Below the pieces are notes generated by a model. It did no database searches, had not been told where the DNA came from, and saw only the letters and a program-made list of their open reading frames with translations. From Eledone cirrhosa (lineage: Eukaryota): DNA of 64,000 bases. The position numbers were made by a program, and so were the translations under genes. This document shows positions 26,552-39,915 of the stretch, one piece after another (position 1 is the first letter of the stretch; every line of letters begins with the position of its first letter). The stretch spans positions 41,664,001-41,728,000 of the forward strand of contig OZ024747.1 of assembly GCA_964016885.1 (NCBI GenBank), read 5' to 3'.

Positions 26552-28612
26552 GTATCCTTTTATTTTCTTTGGAGATACTCAAACTGAAAATGCATTTCTC
26601 AGACAATATTTCAAATCAAGTCAACTACGACTGATACAAATTTTCAATAATGCAAACTAACAAAGTGAATAATATATTAGCCTACTGGATGTTGAGTTTA
26701 TGCACCACTACAGGTGTTTTGTTGTATCTTTTAGCATGACCATTTCTGATGTGTTGCCATGCAAAAATAATTTTCCTAGACTTTCGTGAGTAGAATATTG
26801 CCTCAAGGAGTAGTCTTTTATTTCATTAAGCTGTACATTTGTTTAGTTAGCAATAGTCATTTAGTTAGCAATATATTCATTTAGTTAGCAATATATTCAT
26901 TTAGTTAGCAATATATTCATTTAGTTTGTAATACAGTCATTTAATTAGCTATACGAAAGCTGGTCTAGATTAGCTGTATTTATGAACTTTTCAGGCACTC
27001 CAGCTCCAGTAAGATTGATGGCATAAACATTCTTCTGAAACTATTGTAAACCAATACCTGCAGGAATGATAGATACGTGTAAGGTGGGATTTTCAGGGGT
27101 GATGTTCTGGAGAAGAAAATTGGTCATGGCTGTTAGTGCAGGTTTACAAGGTTAGACTCAATATGGGTGATGAGAGGAGATAGATGAGTGAATTAAGAAT
27201 GCCTACATAGGGGTGACATGTGACTACTTTCTCTGAAGTGCAGAGGCCATTGTAGTAGTTGTAGCAAAGACAAAGAGGAGACTGCATGTTTGTGGGTCAG
27301 AGTTTCAAATGTGTTTGTGAGTGACTTTATCCCTGATAGCAAGAGTTTGATGGGTCATCACAAACTAAATCACTACTCATGTGAAACTATTTACCTCTCA
27401 GATGGGCCAGGTACTTGCATCTTGCTTACTGCAATCTACCAAGGGCTCAGATATGCTAGGGGGCCCACATCTTGCTTGCATACGTTTCCACACTCTACCA
27501 AGTGCATTTTATCATGGCACCAACACTTGGGAGGTTATCATGTCATTGAAACAGTTGAAGAATCTGTCCAACCTTTTATTTGGCAGATTTTCTATGGATG
27601 CCATTCCTGTCACGAATCACTTTACAAAGTGTACTGGATGTGTTTACACACATACACACACACATGCATAGCCTGATGGACTGATATTTGCCAAGTATGT
27701 TTCAAATTGACTTTTCATATGGTTAGTGACAATCGTGTGTGTGTTTGCCTCTTCATATCTCAATTGTCATTCTTTGTCATTTTGTCACACAGATTTCATG
27801 CATTATAATATGAATATACTTTTTGTCAATATTCAAGTAAACTGTTTGCTTCGGTTGTTTGATCATTTGGGTCATATTTATAAACGCCAGATTCTTTGCA
27901 TACAATAAAATATATGAGAGCCTGTTCAGTAAATGAACAGGATCAATGAGTTTTAAATTGAAAACATTTGTTAGTTACTATTGTTAATATTCTTTGAATT
28001 TTGTATAGAATTATTTCTAAATGCTATATTCCTATATGCAAATGTTTAGCCATATGGAGTACATTATGACATCATCATCATTTAAGATTTGCTTTCCGAG
28101 CTAGCATGTATTGGGCAGGTCATCTCAGACCAAGTCAGCACTTATCAGAGTTAATAACCACATAAACAGGCTGGGGATGAGGTGGCATATCTTGCTTACA
28201 TACATTCCCTGCACTCTACAGAATGCACAGAGAAGTTGTCATGTCTTTGGCCTTATTGAAAAGCCCTCTCAGCCCTTGTTTGGCAGGTTTTCTATGGCTG
28301 GATGCCCTTCCTATCACCAACCATATGTGGTTGGTGATAGGTAGGGCATCCAGCCATGCAAAATATTATGTATAACTTGTTATCCAGATAATTCTTTTTT
28401 ACTGTTTAGTTTGAAAAGGAAGGGCAGACCCATAACCCTTTTCAAGGCCTCTAAGACTAATGTGTACCTATTCTTAACTAGATATACATGGCCAATATAT
28501 AAATATAAAAATCTTTTGTATTAGAGAACAATTGTTGATGTCGGGTAGTTTTGTATGAAAAGTGTTAAATGATTAACTTCCAACTGATTATTATTCTTTG
28601 ACTATTTTGTCG
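26552..28612 (+). other. U12-type (minor spliceosome) intron with GT...CG termini
   Basis: 5' site GTATCCTTT is the U12 consensus. U12-like branch site TTCTTTGAC at 28594-28602. The junction that restores RRPQTDS|ALEAFIRAKYE ends the intron at TTTTGTCG (28612). Confidence 0.8.
26838..26950. repeat. 20-bp minisatellite (ATTTAGTTAGCAATATATTC), ~5 copies
   Basis: Direct tandem copies, degenerate at both ends. Confidence 0.85.
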
Positions 28613-28703
28613 TGCTTTGGAAGCCTTTATCAGGGCTAAATATGAACACAAGCGTTACATAGCTCGTGAGTGGGTTCAGCCGAAGCCAACAGTACCAAAA
28701 CAG
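28613..28703 (+). CDS. SMAP1: SMAP1/2-like exon: (S)ALEAFIRAKYEHKRYIAREWVQPKPTVPKQ
   Basis: Contains the ArfGAP C-terminal FIR.KYE.K.Y motif. CAG|GTAATT donor, phase 2 to phase 0. Confidence 0.92.
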
Positions 28704-31700
28704 GTAATTTCACCATTTTCTCAGTTTTCTCTTTATTCTTTGTAATCTACTTGAAAGAAAGATACTTTCAAACATAATTTGCTTTTAATTTTAGTATTTC
28801 TTTATGGAATATATCTAATTCTTGCAATAAAATTGGCAGTTTTAGAATTAATAAATGTGAAATGGCTGATTTAATAATATTCTACAAGTTTATCTTGCTT
28901 GATGGTTACACACTTATGTGGCCTTTTTATGGAGTGCCTGATTTTCCATGTTTCAGTTTGATGTGATAGGCATTGCTCCAACAAATTATGCTTAGATGTC
29001 CAAATTTGTAAGACAATACTGGTATGTAAAACAAAATGAAAACAAGTTAACTTCTGTATTTTAGTTAAGAGAACAAATTATGAAGCCTCTTAAATGTAAT
29101 TACTGTTTTATTTTAAGTACATTATTTAAAAAAACAAAGTGATAGCATTCAAGCATTCAGCTGGAAGCAATTCTGTTTAGTTTTCCAATTCTTATCAGGA
29201 AGCAAACAGGAGTATGTTAACAGTATGTAACAGGAAGCCAGCATAGGTCTGTTGGTAGCATATAACAGGAAGCCAGTAATAATGTCTTGCCAGTATAACA
29301 TGTGATAACAGAAGCTTTAAAATGGAACATTATTACTGGTGTTTCACTTTTTGTACATTAAAACTTCTTTTTGTTTGCAGTATTTGTTAATTTTTAGGGA
29401 GATGAAGCATACTAAAGTTCTGATAGACTATCTCATACAACATTGTGAGGATTATAAATATTTGTTTTGTTGCAGCCTGTGATTATTTTTTTTTCACTAA
29501 TTCACACCTTTACTTTACACATAAAATTTGTTCTACAAGCCCTGGTAGTATGATTATTCTTTGAATTGGAAAGCAGACTACAACTCTAACCATCTGAGCC
29601 AAACACTATAATTGATCTCCATGGTATCTGAAGATTATTGCTTCCACAGCTTTAACTAGTATTTAAAGTATAGTGTTTATTATAGCACTTCAGCCTTGTG
29701 CTTGCTGTGGACTTTAAACACCTTACCACTGAACTTTTAAGCTACTGATATGACATGTAGTTCAGACTATAGAGATTAAGGAATTGGTTCCATTCCATTT
29801 TCCAACTATTATCTCAATTTACACACCTGTCAGGTATTGATTATAGAAATGAAAATACTTTCCTAGATTATTATCCATTAAGAATCAGGTATTGACTCTT
29901 TGATGGGAGCAGTACTAAGATAGAGAGGTGAGCCAAAGAAGAGATGTTTTCCAATTTCTGCTTAAACAATCTGATAAACTTTTATCATTTTCTGTTTTGA
30001 AATTTAACTTCCTTTATTATTTACATTTTCATCCAAAATATATCATGGTAATTCTTAAAAGAATTTTATGTTTGTTTATGTTTATATATTTGATGTTGTT
30101 AGTAGCATTCATTAGTTGTATTCTGGTTTAGTTCCTTTTAAGGTATCCTGTTAACAAAACAGGGGTTGTTTAAAGACATGAAAAAAACATAGAAATCTAC
30201 TGAATAGCATGAACCTTAGTTTTCAAGCAGGAACTTTAAGTGATTTGGGTAAAGTTTATTACCTTATTTTGTTCTTTATAAATTCACAGATTGTTTAGAT
30301 ACAAATTTCAAGTGTTAATTTATGGCTGGCTTTACTACTATCTAATCTATTTATAGAATCTTAACACAAAACAAAACTAATTTCTATAACTGAAAATGAA
30401 TCTTGATAAAAGAACATAATTCAAAGCTGACTAAAGAACTTACAAGTAGTTCTCTTTGACTAAAATTGAATTGCAACAAAATCTCATTCTTACAATGTTG
30501 AAACTTTTATTTTTGTTACATTTGCAATTTCATGTTTTTTTTTAAGCATAAATACAAAAAAAAATCTATTAATTTCTGGATGGTGGGAATATTATTTATG
30601 CTTTTAAAATTCAATAACTATTTAAAAAATGACTGAAAATTTTCAAAATGTCTTATTCCAAGTTATCTTAATATAATTCTTTATAATAGTTGTGTTATTA
30701 TTAGATAAGTGTTCTGATTTTAAAAACTAACCTTTACATCCTTTTGTATCTCTCTGCTAGTTTTTTTCTTTTTTCATTCTCTTGTTGGTAGATATTCAAG
30801 AATTCACTCAATTCTTTAGATTTAATGTTTTAATTTTGATTGGCTGTTTTAATGTTTTGCTGTGTAAAAATGATTATCATCACAGCAAACTAGCTTTGAA
30901 TAAGTTTTATTTTACATATTGAAATTTATTTTGAAAGCATCATTATTACACCAAGTTTTAAAAGTCAGTATTAAACCAAGTCTGGTGCCTTTTTCCTTTA
31001 CAGAGAAGAATATGATAAAATAGTCTGTATAGCCATGAAAAATATATACATTTTAACATTCAATGATATCTAGTTGACATTATAGTAGCTAGAAGTTATA
31101 TAGATCTTGCATGGAAAATTCTGCAAAATAGATTTTTTAGTATATTTCATCAATTTGATCATATTCATTTCAATTTTCAATCTTTAACACTGTTGATAGT
31201 TTTCCATTTCCATTTCTGAGAGTCTCTTTTCTGTTTCTATATTAAGACACACTCATCATCTATAGAACAAGTCTGGTCAAGCTATGGATGCCTTCATTGT
31301 TTAATAGCTTGTCTGGTCAGAATTCCTTAGTAGATTCTAACTTTTGTTGCTGGCATCTAAATTTCTCCATATCTATTATTATATGGCAGATGCTTTTTTT
31401 TTTACATACTACAGAACCACACCTCTCTATAATTTGCTGTGATGGTGAATTTTTGTAGATGATGATTGACAAAATGTTGATTATGATGCTAAAAATAGAA
31501 TGTAGTTCATTCTTAGATTGATAATTATTTACCCAAGTTAAGTTCTGTTGGATTTAATTAGAGCGAGCAGATTTATTTGCTTTCTTGTTTCTGTTACAAT
31601 TACTCTATACAAACATGGGATGTTTTACAGCTTAACCATTTCATTACCATGTTTCTAATAAAAATTAAAAAAACACTGCCTATGTGTTTCAAATAATTTC

Positions 31701-32534
31701 CAAAATAATTATAAAATAACTTTTGCATTATTAAGCTGGAGTTTGGAACATATAAGAACAGAAGTTTATACTTAGAATTATAAAATTATGATGGAAAAGT
31801 TTTAGATGATTATAAGCATTTGAAAATAAAGAGTTTTGTATGATAGAATCAAGAGCAACTTCAACTTCAAATTGGTTAACACAACTTTGGCACTGGAATT
31901 GTAGCTTCTACTTATACAGTTGCTCTCTTCTGAAGTAGGTTGACATTTAGAGATGGTAGTGAAGTAGTTAAAGTATTGGACTACTGACTCATAGGTCATG
32001 AGTTAAAATTTTCTGAAGCTGTTACAGTGTTTCTAAGCAAAGTACTATATTCTACATTGCCTCAGTCCATGTAACTGTGTAGAATAGTAAGTATGAGATC
32101 ATCTATTGAGGTTATCTGTGACAAGTGTCTCATGAACAAAATAAACCATCATTTTATGTCAGTTTTTCCAAGCATGCTTCAAGGTGGCAGTTTTATATAT
32201 TTTGATGAAGTCTATATTAGGAAGAATAATGTTAACTGCCAGTTGATATTGGGGAAATTCTAGTTATATTTGTAGGGATCACATATGTTTGACAAATTTA
32301 GTTGGAAAAAACAACAAACATTTGCGGAATGAATAATAATAATTTCTTGTCCAGGTGATAAGTATATTTCCATGCAAGCATTTTTTTTTTTTAATGTTTA
32401 GTCAGTTAGGCAAGGGCAGTACTCATGACCCTTTTCATGGACTCCAAGACCAATGGATAGATGAAAAAAAGGTATTCTCAAACTGGAGACCTGACTCTAA
32501 TGTTTGCAATAGAGTGAATTTTGCTAAAGGCACC

Positions 32535-32750
32535 CAAGGGCAGATTAAGTCTACAACAGCAGGATTTGAACTCGGGAACACAAAAGACCTATACAAATAC
32601 CACCAGGCATTGGCCAGCCTTTATTTTATCAACTACTAAAAGGATGAAAGGCAAAGTTAGCCTTGGCACAATTTAAACTCAAAGTACAGAGAACGAGAAA
32701 AAATACAAGTTATTCTGCACTATGCTCTAAAACCTATGCTAATTCACTGG
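32535..32750 (-). mobile_element. Decayed tRNA-derived SINE fragments
   Basis: GGATTTGAACTC (reverse B-box) and AAAGGATGAAAGGCAAAGTTAGCCTTGGC match the SINE family seen elsewhere in the window. Confidence 0.6.
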
Positions 32751-33786
32751 CTGTCAGATTTTTAAGAATGTACTACTGACATGTGAAGTTATATTTGATG
32801 ATACTTGTTGAAATGTCCATGGAAATCATCTACTTATTTTGTGAATCATTTTATATATTATTGAAGAACTATTACAATGATTGGTGTCTTAAGGTATGTC
32901 TTTCGGTACTTACCAGCTTTTTTTCCAAACCTAGATATGGCATGATTGTTGGGAGAATAGCTTTTTTTAGGTTGCTTGTTTTGTCTTTCTTCTTCATACA
33001 CTTTCCTCATACTACACACACACATATGCAGCTGCCAGTGATAAAAGTTATTGCTAACATCTGCAACAGTCAAATGTTGTTATTGTTTAGCCTCAGGTCA
33101 GCCTTGATCAAGCAGATCTCTGATCAAAGGTGTTCTGTTGTTAAACTTCATGTATTGTCAACTTGTTCACTCTAACTTCCTAACAATATATGCCTGTATA
33201 TTACCTCTCAGTGAAATGATATCTCACAAAGCTTTCTTTCTATTGGCTGCTATCATTTGCATTTGTTTGATATCCATCATTTAGTACTTTTATTATTGAT
33301 AAATAATTATTTCTCACATCGACTAATTATAAGAACCATTCAAATTTTGATATGTATATATTCAGCAACAGCAGTTTGTGACTCATTATCAAAACCTCAT
33401 TAATATTATCATCTTTGAAGTTTAGAATTCTTTTCTAAAGAAGGTCAAATGAAATTAAATATCTCAGAAAATGGCATGACATAACATACAATCAATGTCT
33501 GAACCTGAAATTGTGAATACACAAACATATGTAAATTGAACAAAAATCAAAGACACAATTGGTTTTAAACTGATGAAAATCTATTCTATCCTTAATTCAG
33601 GACTGTAAAGGGAGAAAAACATCTTTATATTTCATGGTTTAGATCTATTTGCTAAATCAACATATGGTGTTAGATTATTGATTCCAGTGGTATAGTTCTG
33701 TGTAAAAGAAATAATGTATCGCTTGTATGTGTCAGAGGAAAAAGGATGCTAACTGATGATGATGGTGTGTGTGCATGTATATGTAT

Positions 33787-33865
33787 CTATCCCAAATTAT
33801 AATGGGAAGGTGGATATGATTTGCATGTGTATATGTATGTGTGCATCTATATATATATATATATA

Positions 33866-33897
<32 letters not shown>

Positions 33898-34071
33898 CAT
33901 ACAGTCATGTATGTATATATATATGTGTATGTATATGTATACATATGTCTGTGTGTGTATGTTCTTATACATACATACATATATATACATATGTATGTGT
34001 GTTTATGTATTTATATATATGTACATGTATACATATGTATGTGTGTTTGTGTATTTATGTATATGTATGTA

Positions 34072-34128
<57 letters not shown>

Positions 34129-34158
34129 CAAAATGGCGAGCTGTGTTGTTGCAATTAA

Positions 34159-34202
<44 letters not shown>

Positions 34203-34246
34203 ATACATGCAAATCTTATCTACTTTCCGATTATAATTTGGGATAG
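33787..34246. repeat. TA/TG-rich microsatellite block bracketed by ~43-bp inverted repeats
   Basis: CTATCCCAAATTATAATGGGAAGGTGGATATGATTTGCATGT (33787-33828) versus its reverse complement at ~34203-34246 with about 4 mismatches. Confidence 0.8.
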
Positions 34247-35939
34247 TCAGATCTAAAAAATCAGTTTTTTCCCCTCCAGATGTTGTTATATTTATTTAAA
34301 ATATTCATTTGCAAACCTTTAGTTGTCTTGGGGAATATCTCTCGCTTCAGTTTCTACATTCATTTTTGTTTTTTAATTTAATATATCTTCCATTTTTAAA
34401 CACTAGAATCATTGGTTATGGCTTTTCAACAAGTTAATCAGTGCTTCACTGCATTTAGGATGGTAAGAGTCCTAAAATATTGTCTATGCCACTCGGGTGG
34501 AATAAATACTAGGTGCTTTTGTTTGACACACCAGTTTATTGGCAATTTCCTTGTATGTGTGCAATATACATATTTTGCCTATCTATACACATGATTTGCT
34601 TATACATGTTTGTGCACATGTATAAGGGGCTTCTGTACAGTTTCACTCACAAAACATTGGTCATTCTAAGGATTTGGTAGAAGACACCCTGATTGTAATT
34701 ATATTCTTTCTTTAGTGATATTTAGGTATAAATCCATATGAATGGGTTACACTTAATGTTCAGCTGTTTTCTTAGTCTTGCTCAAGGCAGAGATTTGGCA
34801 GAGTCACTATGGTATCCGGTTTGATCCAGCTCAATGCACCAGTTCAAATCCCACTGAGGTCAACTTTGCCTTTTATCTTTTTAAGTGCCAGTCCAGTACT
34901 GGGATTAACTCTCTCTCATCAGCTACATCCCACCTGGAGAGGGATGAACTCTGCCTTGTGTAAAATGCTTAAGACATATTGGGTGACACGATTTAAGTGC
35001 CCTTTATTCTTGTTCATAAGTTTGCCTTCTAAATGTTTCCTTTATATAATACTAAACATAGTTTTCTTGATTTAGCTGTGCGATTTGTATGAGTCTAAAT
35101 CTTATTCTGTCCTCACATAACCTTTTATAATTTTACCACTTTAAGCTCATTTTTTAACCTAATTACATTCCTCTTTTAATCCCCGCCCATTTTAATCCTG
35201 TTTCAAATATTTTATTAAATTGGTTATTTTAATCATAACAACAATAATCTTGTTTGGAATATTTTCGAAGGACTTTATTTCAATTATTTTCTTTAAATGA
35301 TTTTCTTTCCTTGTTTCCTTGAAATGATTTTTATTTTCTTAGGTTTTTCTTTGTTTTCTTTCCCCCAAAATAACATGATGATTAAAAAGCAACTCCATTA
35401 TATATTTGTAACCAAAATATTTCATTAACATCCCTAGTCAGTTAATGTCTTATTGGCAAATCATTACATTTTGTTGTTCTAATAATGGTCAAAACTATAG
35501 GAATCTATTTATTCTTGCAACCAATGATGATTCATTTCTGACCTCTCTGTAGACAAAAGGCCAGTTACTCTTGTGGAAATGAGCCAATTCCTTGACTAGA
35601 TTTTTAGTGTATACAAATTGTTTGTCCATAGTCAAAGTGTTAAGTTTCAATTCTTCCTTTTGTGTGTTATTTATTAACTCTTACAGCCCTGTATCCATTA
35701 GCAAGACCTTCTTTAAAAGTACATTTAACTCTCAATGACTGTTCTGTTCATCAATGCGAAATCAGCTTTATAAGAATTACTGTTTTCTGATCTTAAGCAG
35801 TACATATTACTGAGGATTAGTTTATTAACCTAGAGTCCCGAGATCAAATCTTGTTTTGAAGAAAACTTAGAAAATACTAGCATTACCTATAAAAGAAGGA
35901 AAACATCACTGCACTACTGAACTCCTTGGAGGCTGATAT

Positions 35940-36095
35940 AAACCTTCACTTATTGTACCTTATACAGATGATATAATAATAAGCTTACACTTATTGTATC
36001 TTACACAGATGATATAAGCTTTCGCTTATTTTATATTATACAGATGATATTACAGATAATATAAGCTTCCACTTATTATACATTATACAGATGAC
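35940..36095. repeat. Degenerate ~35-40-bp tandem repeat (CTTCACTTATTGTA..TTATACAGATGATATAA), ~4 copies
   Basis: Recurring ACTTATT...TTATACAGATGA units. Confidence 0.7.
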
Positions 36096-36445
36096 GTCTT
36101 GATTAAACCATGATTAATATGAAGTAATAAAAACATTGTCCAACCACTGTTAATTTACCTAAGACAAACCGATGATAGAACCTCTATGTGGTCACTCAAC
36201 CTATTAGAAATAGCAACCAAATCTCCATTAAATCGTACCTTAATGCCTTACATATAGAAAGGATACATTTAATAATGAAGTTTCACATACACCTAAAAAG
36301 ACAGGATGGTCATGGCTGCAAGACATTTAATCATAAACCTGCTTTTATCTTTTATCATTGTTGACCTGAAATTAAACAACCTTACCCAATATCTTATTTC
36401 TTTAAGATGATAACATTAATCTTATTCTATTATTAAGATAATTTA

Positions 36446-36640
36446 GGGCAGTGGATTGAGAGTGTCGTTAAAGTATCCAGCAAAATGTTTTGTAGTATTT
36501 GTTCTGAGTTTTTACGTTCTCGGTTCATTTTCCACCAAGGTCAACTTTGACTTTCGTCCTTCCAGGGTAAATACTGGAGTCTGTATAATGGATTTCCCCA
36601 TCCCCCAAATTGCTGGTCTTGTGCCAGTGTTAGAAAGAAT
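36446..36640 (+). mobile_element. tRNA-derived SINE copy
   Basis: CCACCAAGGTCAACTTTGACTTTC...CCCCCAAATTGCTGGTCTTGTGCC...TTAGAAAG family motifs. Confidence 0.7.
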
Positions 36641-37836
36641 TATTAAAATAATTTACTAATCATAATTATTATGCCCTGTTAGTAGAACATTTTCAATTGT
36701 GTTAAACAGGTATTATATGAGCAATTAAGTTGACACAGATCAGTGTGTTGAAATTAACATTTGTTACTTAAAGATTAATTTCAAGACTTTGATTCTATGG
36801 TTAAAGTTATACCTCATCCCCTGAAACTTCTAAGGTCAGTCAGCAAATAGCTGCAATGATCTGGTAGAGAAACAAGTCTGTTCAAGTACAAACAAATAAT
36901 TATACCAAATTATTTCATACCGCTCATTAAAACAGTAACTAAAGTAAATAAACTACTAAACGCTGGTACAATATTAAATGGAAATGAGGAAACCCCAGCA
37001 ATACTGTTTGTAAGCAATACATGTGTGTGAAGTAAAATATCGGTGGTGTGAAAAAGTAAAAAGTAAAACAGATCTCAATCTGGTAGTGGTTTTGTTCCGT
37101 GTATGAACATAATATAATATCTATATAAGCTGTTATCATAAACTGTGCTAGCCTTATGTGTTCCTGAGGGAACCGCTACATACTCATTAGATCTTATGTT
37201 ATGACAGATCAAATTTTAATGAAGTTAGGTTTCATTTACAAAAACTTTATCTTTGAGTCCTTAAAAATAACGTTATGAAGTGAAATTGTATCAAGACCTG
37301 TTTTTTTTTTTGTTTTGTTTTTTTTCCCCCTTACTGTTGTATATTTCTTTTCCTGTGTCGTTCTTCTTTTTCTTCCTCCTCTGACTTCTGTCTTATTCTA
37401 TTCTTTTTTTCGAAATCTGATTTTCTTCTTCTTCTGTCAGTCATACTGGGAATATTTTTTAAGCTTTGGTAGACTATTTTTCTAGTAAATCCCAAGTGAA
37501 TTTTATTTTTTTCTTATGCCAGCTTTCATCACACATCTTTCTTGCAACCTCCATCTATTACTATCACACATCTTGCTTTTTTCTATCACTATCAGTCCTT
37601 TCTCAAACAGTTATCCGCTCTAATATTTATCTGTCCTTTATGGTTGGTTGCCTGTCTTACTTCATATATCTAACACCTTCTCTCTCTCTCTCTCTCTCAA
37701 CAATTGTCCAACTCTGGTTTCTGGAGGCCTTGCTATTGATTATCCCCCCCCCCCTCCGTCTCCACCTAAATTTTCACTTTCAGTCTCTTTTTTTTTTCAT
37801 TTATTTTTACTTTTTCTACTACTTTATCAACTTCAG

Positions 37837-37848
37837 GTGAAAAAGGAG
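37837..37848 (+). CDS. Candidate 12-nt microexon of the SMAP-like gene (VKKE)
   Basis: Long polypyrimidine tract, CTTCAG|GTGAAAAAGGAG|GTAAGA. Phase 0-0, which matches the phase of the 28703/53234 junction. No stop codon. Confidence 0.55.
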
Positions 37849-38865
37849 GTAAGACTGTTTCCTTACTGCTGCTGCTGCTGCTACTGTTGGTTTATAAGTG
37901 GTTGTTATCCTTGTTTTCTTTCATATCATGTTGCTATATCCTGGCTAATTGAGTATTAGTACTTTCCAAGAATTGACATTTCTTGATAATTTCATTAATT
38001 AAGATATACATTCAGTAGATATACAAAAGAAATAATGTCTTTGCTCAATTTCTGTTGTTTTTGTTTCTGGAATGAGACATTAAAATTATTCAGTCATTTA
38101 ATATATTTGTTTAATTGCTAAACCTTATCTTTAACAAACCTAGTCATTATAAAATACATGAAATATATCATGTCAAATCATTAGCTGATACTGAAAAAAA
38201 CGTTATAAAGAAATAATGATGATGATGATAATAATAGTGAATAATTGAGCATTCTTATATGATTGTAAATATGATTTTAAACAGAGAAATGATATTCTTT
38301 GTAACTGCAAAGTGCAAGATGTGAACGACCTGATGTTTTTATTTTGTGACTTATCTATGTATGCAGTGCGTTTCTCTGCCCTAGGTGTCAGGAAGACATT
38401 TGGCAAGAAATGGAAACAAAACTGAAGGAAGTGGAAAAACACAAACAATAATAATAATAATAATTTGTTTACACAAACCAAACATATTGAAAAACATTAT
38501 TAGAAAAATTATTAAAAGTGTTGCCACTTCTATGGTTTTACCAAAGGTGTAGCAATCAATACATGTGAGGTGTCTACTGTGGGGAAATAAAACCTAACGG
38601 CAGACTAATATTTGACATGATCTAATAAAAAAAGCAAACAAAGGAATAGGCCCATAGATCATGTCTCTATTGTTGCCAGGCAACAGTTTTGCCGATTATA
38701 CTATAGAGGAGTGCCTATGATAGATACGTGGTTCTAGTAACATCGGTTTCCTTGTTTTTGTCTGAAATTGATGCTTTATATGTGTATATATATATATAGT
38801 GGTAGAACACTGGAAGGTAATATCCGTAGTGGTAGAGCACTCAGTCCATGGGACGAGTTAGGTAG

Positions 38866-39011
38866 AAGTGGTAACACAATAGTTAGTTCACCATACCGAG
38901 AACAATTGTTTCACCTTAGCAGAAAAAAAAAACAATTGTTTCACCGAGCCTGAAGATCCGCTAAGGTGAAACAATTGTTCTCGGTCTGGTGAACTAACTG
39001 TTGTGTAACCA

Positions 39012-39014
<3 letters not shown>
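38866..39014 (+). mobile_element. Fold-back element in (TA)n carrying a hammerhead-like core
   Basis: Arms 38866-38920 and 38960-39014 are ~55-bp inverted repeats. ACCGAGC-CTGAAGA-tCCgctaaGGt-GAAA-CAATTG-TT-CTCGGT at 38943-38985. Confidence 0.7.

Positions 39015-39077
<63 letters not shown>
39014..39077. repeat. (TA)n microsatellite
   Basis: About 32 perfect TA units. Confidence 0.95.
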
Positions 39078-39087
<10 letters not shown>

Positions 39088-39210
39088 TAAATGGAGTGTT
39101 TGCAGTATGAAGAGTGTTTGCAGTATCAAGACCACAAATCAGAGTAGTACTCGATGCATGGTGAGATGCAGAGTGGGAATACTAATGAGGTAGAGGTCTC
39201 AACCTCATTA

Positions 39211-39243
<33 letters not shown>

Positions 39244-39444
39244 CGTGTCTGTGATTATATATATATGTGTATATACATGTATATGTATGTGTATGTTTAG
39301 ATACACATACAAACTTACATACATATGTACATACATACACAAGTACCTTTATTATTTCTAACTCCAGACATTACTATTCATCATCGTTTTACATCCATTT
39401 TCCATGCTGGCATGGGTTGGACTGTTATATTAATAATAAATTCT

Positions 39445-39915
39445 AATGTAGATACAAGGCCCTGGTACTTTATTTTATTAACCCCCAGAAAGGCAAAGTT
39501 GATCTCAACAGGATTTGAACTCAGGAGGTAAAGAGCCAACACAAATACTGCAATGCATTTTCTCTGGTGCTCTAAACAATTTGCCAATCCACTGCCCTTG
39601 ATAATATTAATAAAAAGGGCAGTGGGTGGTAGAACTCATCAAAGGATTGACACAAAAATCACAATATGTTTTGACTTCAAATCTCACCAGGGTTGTCTTT
39701 GTTTTTTATCTTTCCATGGTTGATAATGTTAGTACCTGTCATATACTGGAGGTTAATATACTCAACTATATCCTCCCTAGAAAAACTGAAGCATTAGATA
39801 AAATGCTTTGTGGTATTTTTTCTGACTCTTTATTTAGTGAGTTCAAATCCCACTAAGGTCAACTTTTGTCTTCCATAAATTTCCACCCAAGTAAGTACTG
39901 GGATCAATATAATCA
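39445..39915. mobile_element. Divergently oriented SINE copies (minus ~39445-39600, plus ~39615-39915)
   Basis: GGATTTGAACTC on one strand; GAGTTCAAATCCCACTAAGGTCAACTTT on the other. Confidence 0.65.

Noticed and set aside
26445-26660. Stand-alone 71-aa ORF
   Set aside because: Only 26466-26551 is coding; the rest is read-through into intron sequence on both sides.
28561-28633. Canonical AG acceptors for the 28.6-kb exon
   Set aside because: AG at 28562 and 28623 lead to stops. AG at 28633 removes the conserved ALEAFIR segment and is 32 nt from the U12-like branch point.
33732-34256. Tyr/Ile/Val/Cys-rich ORFs (also at 42786-43095)
   Set aside because: Translations of TA/TG microsatellites.
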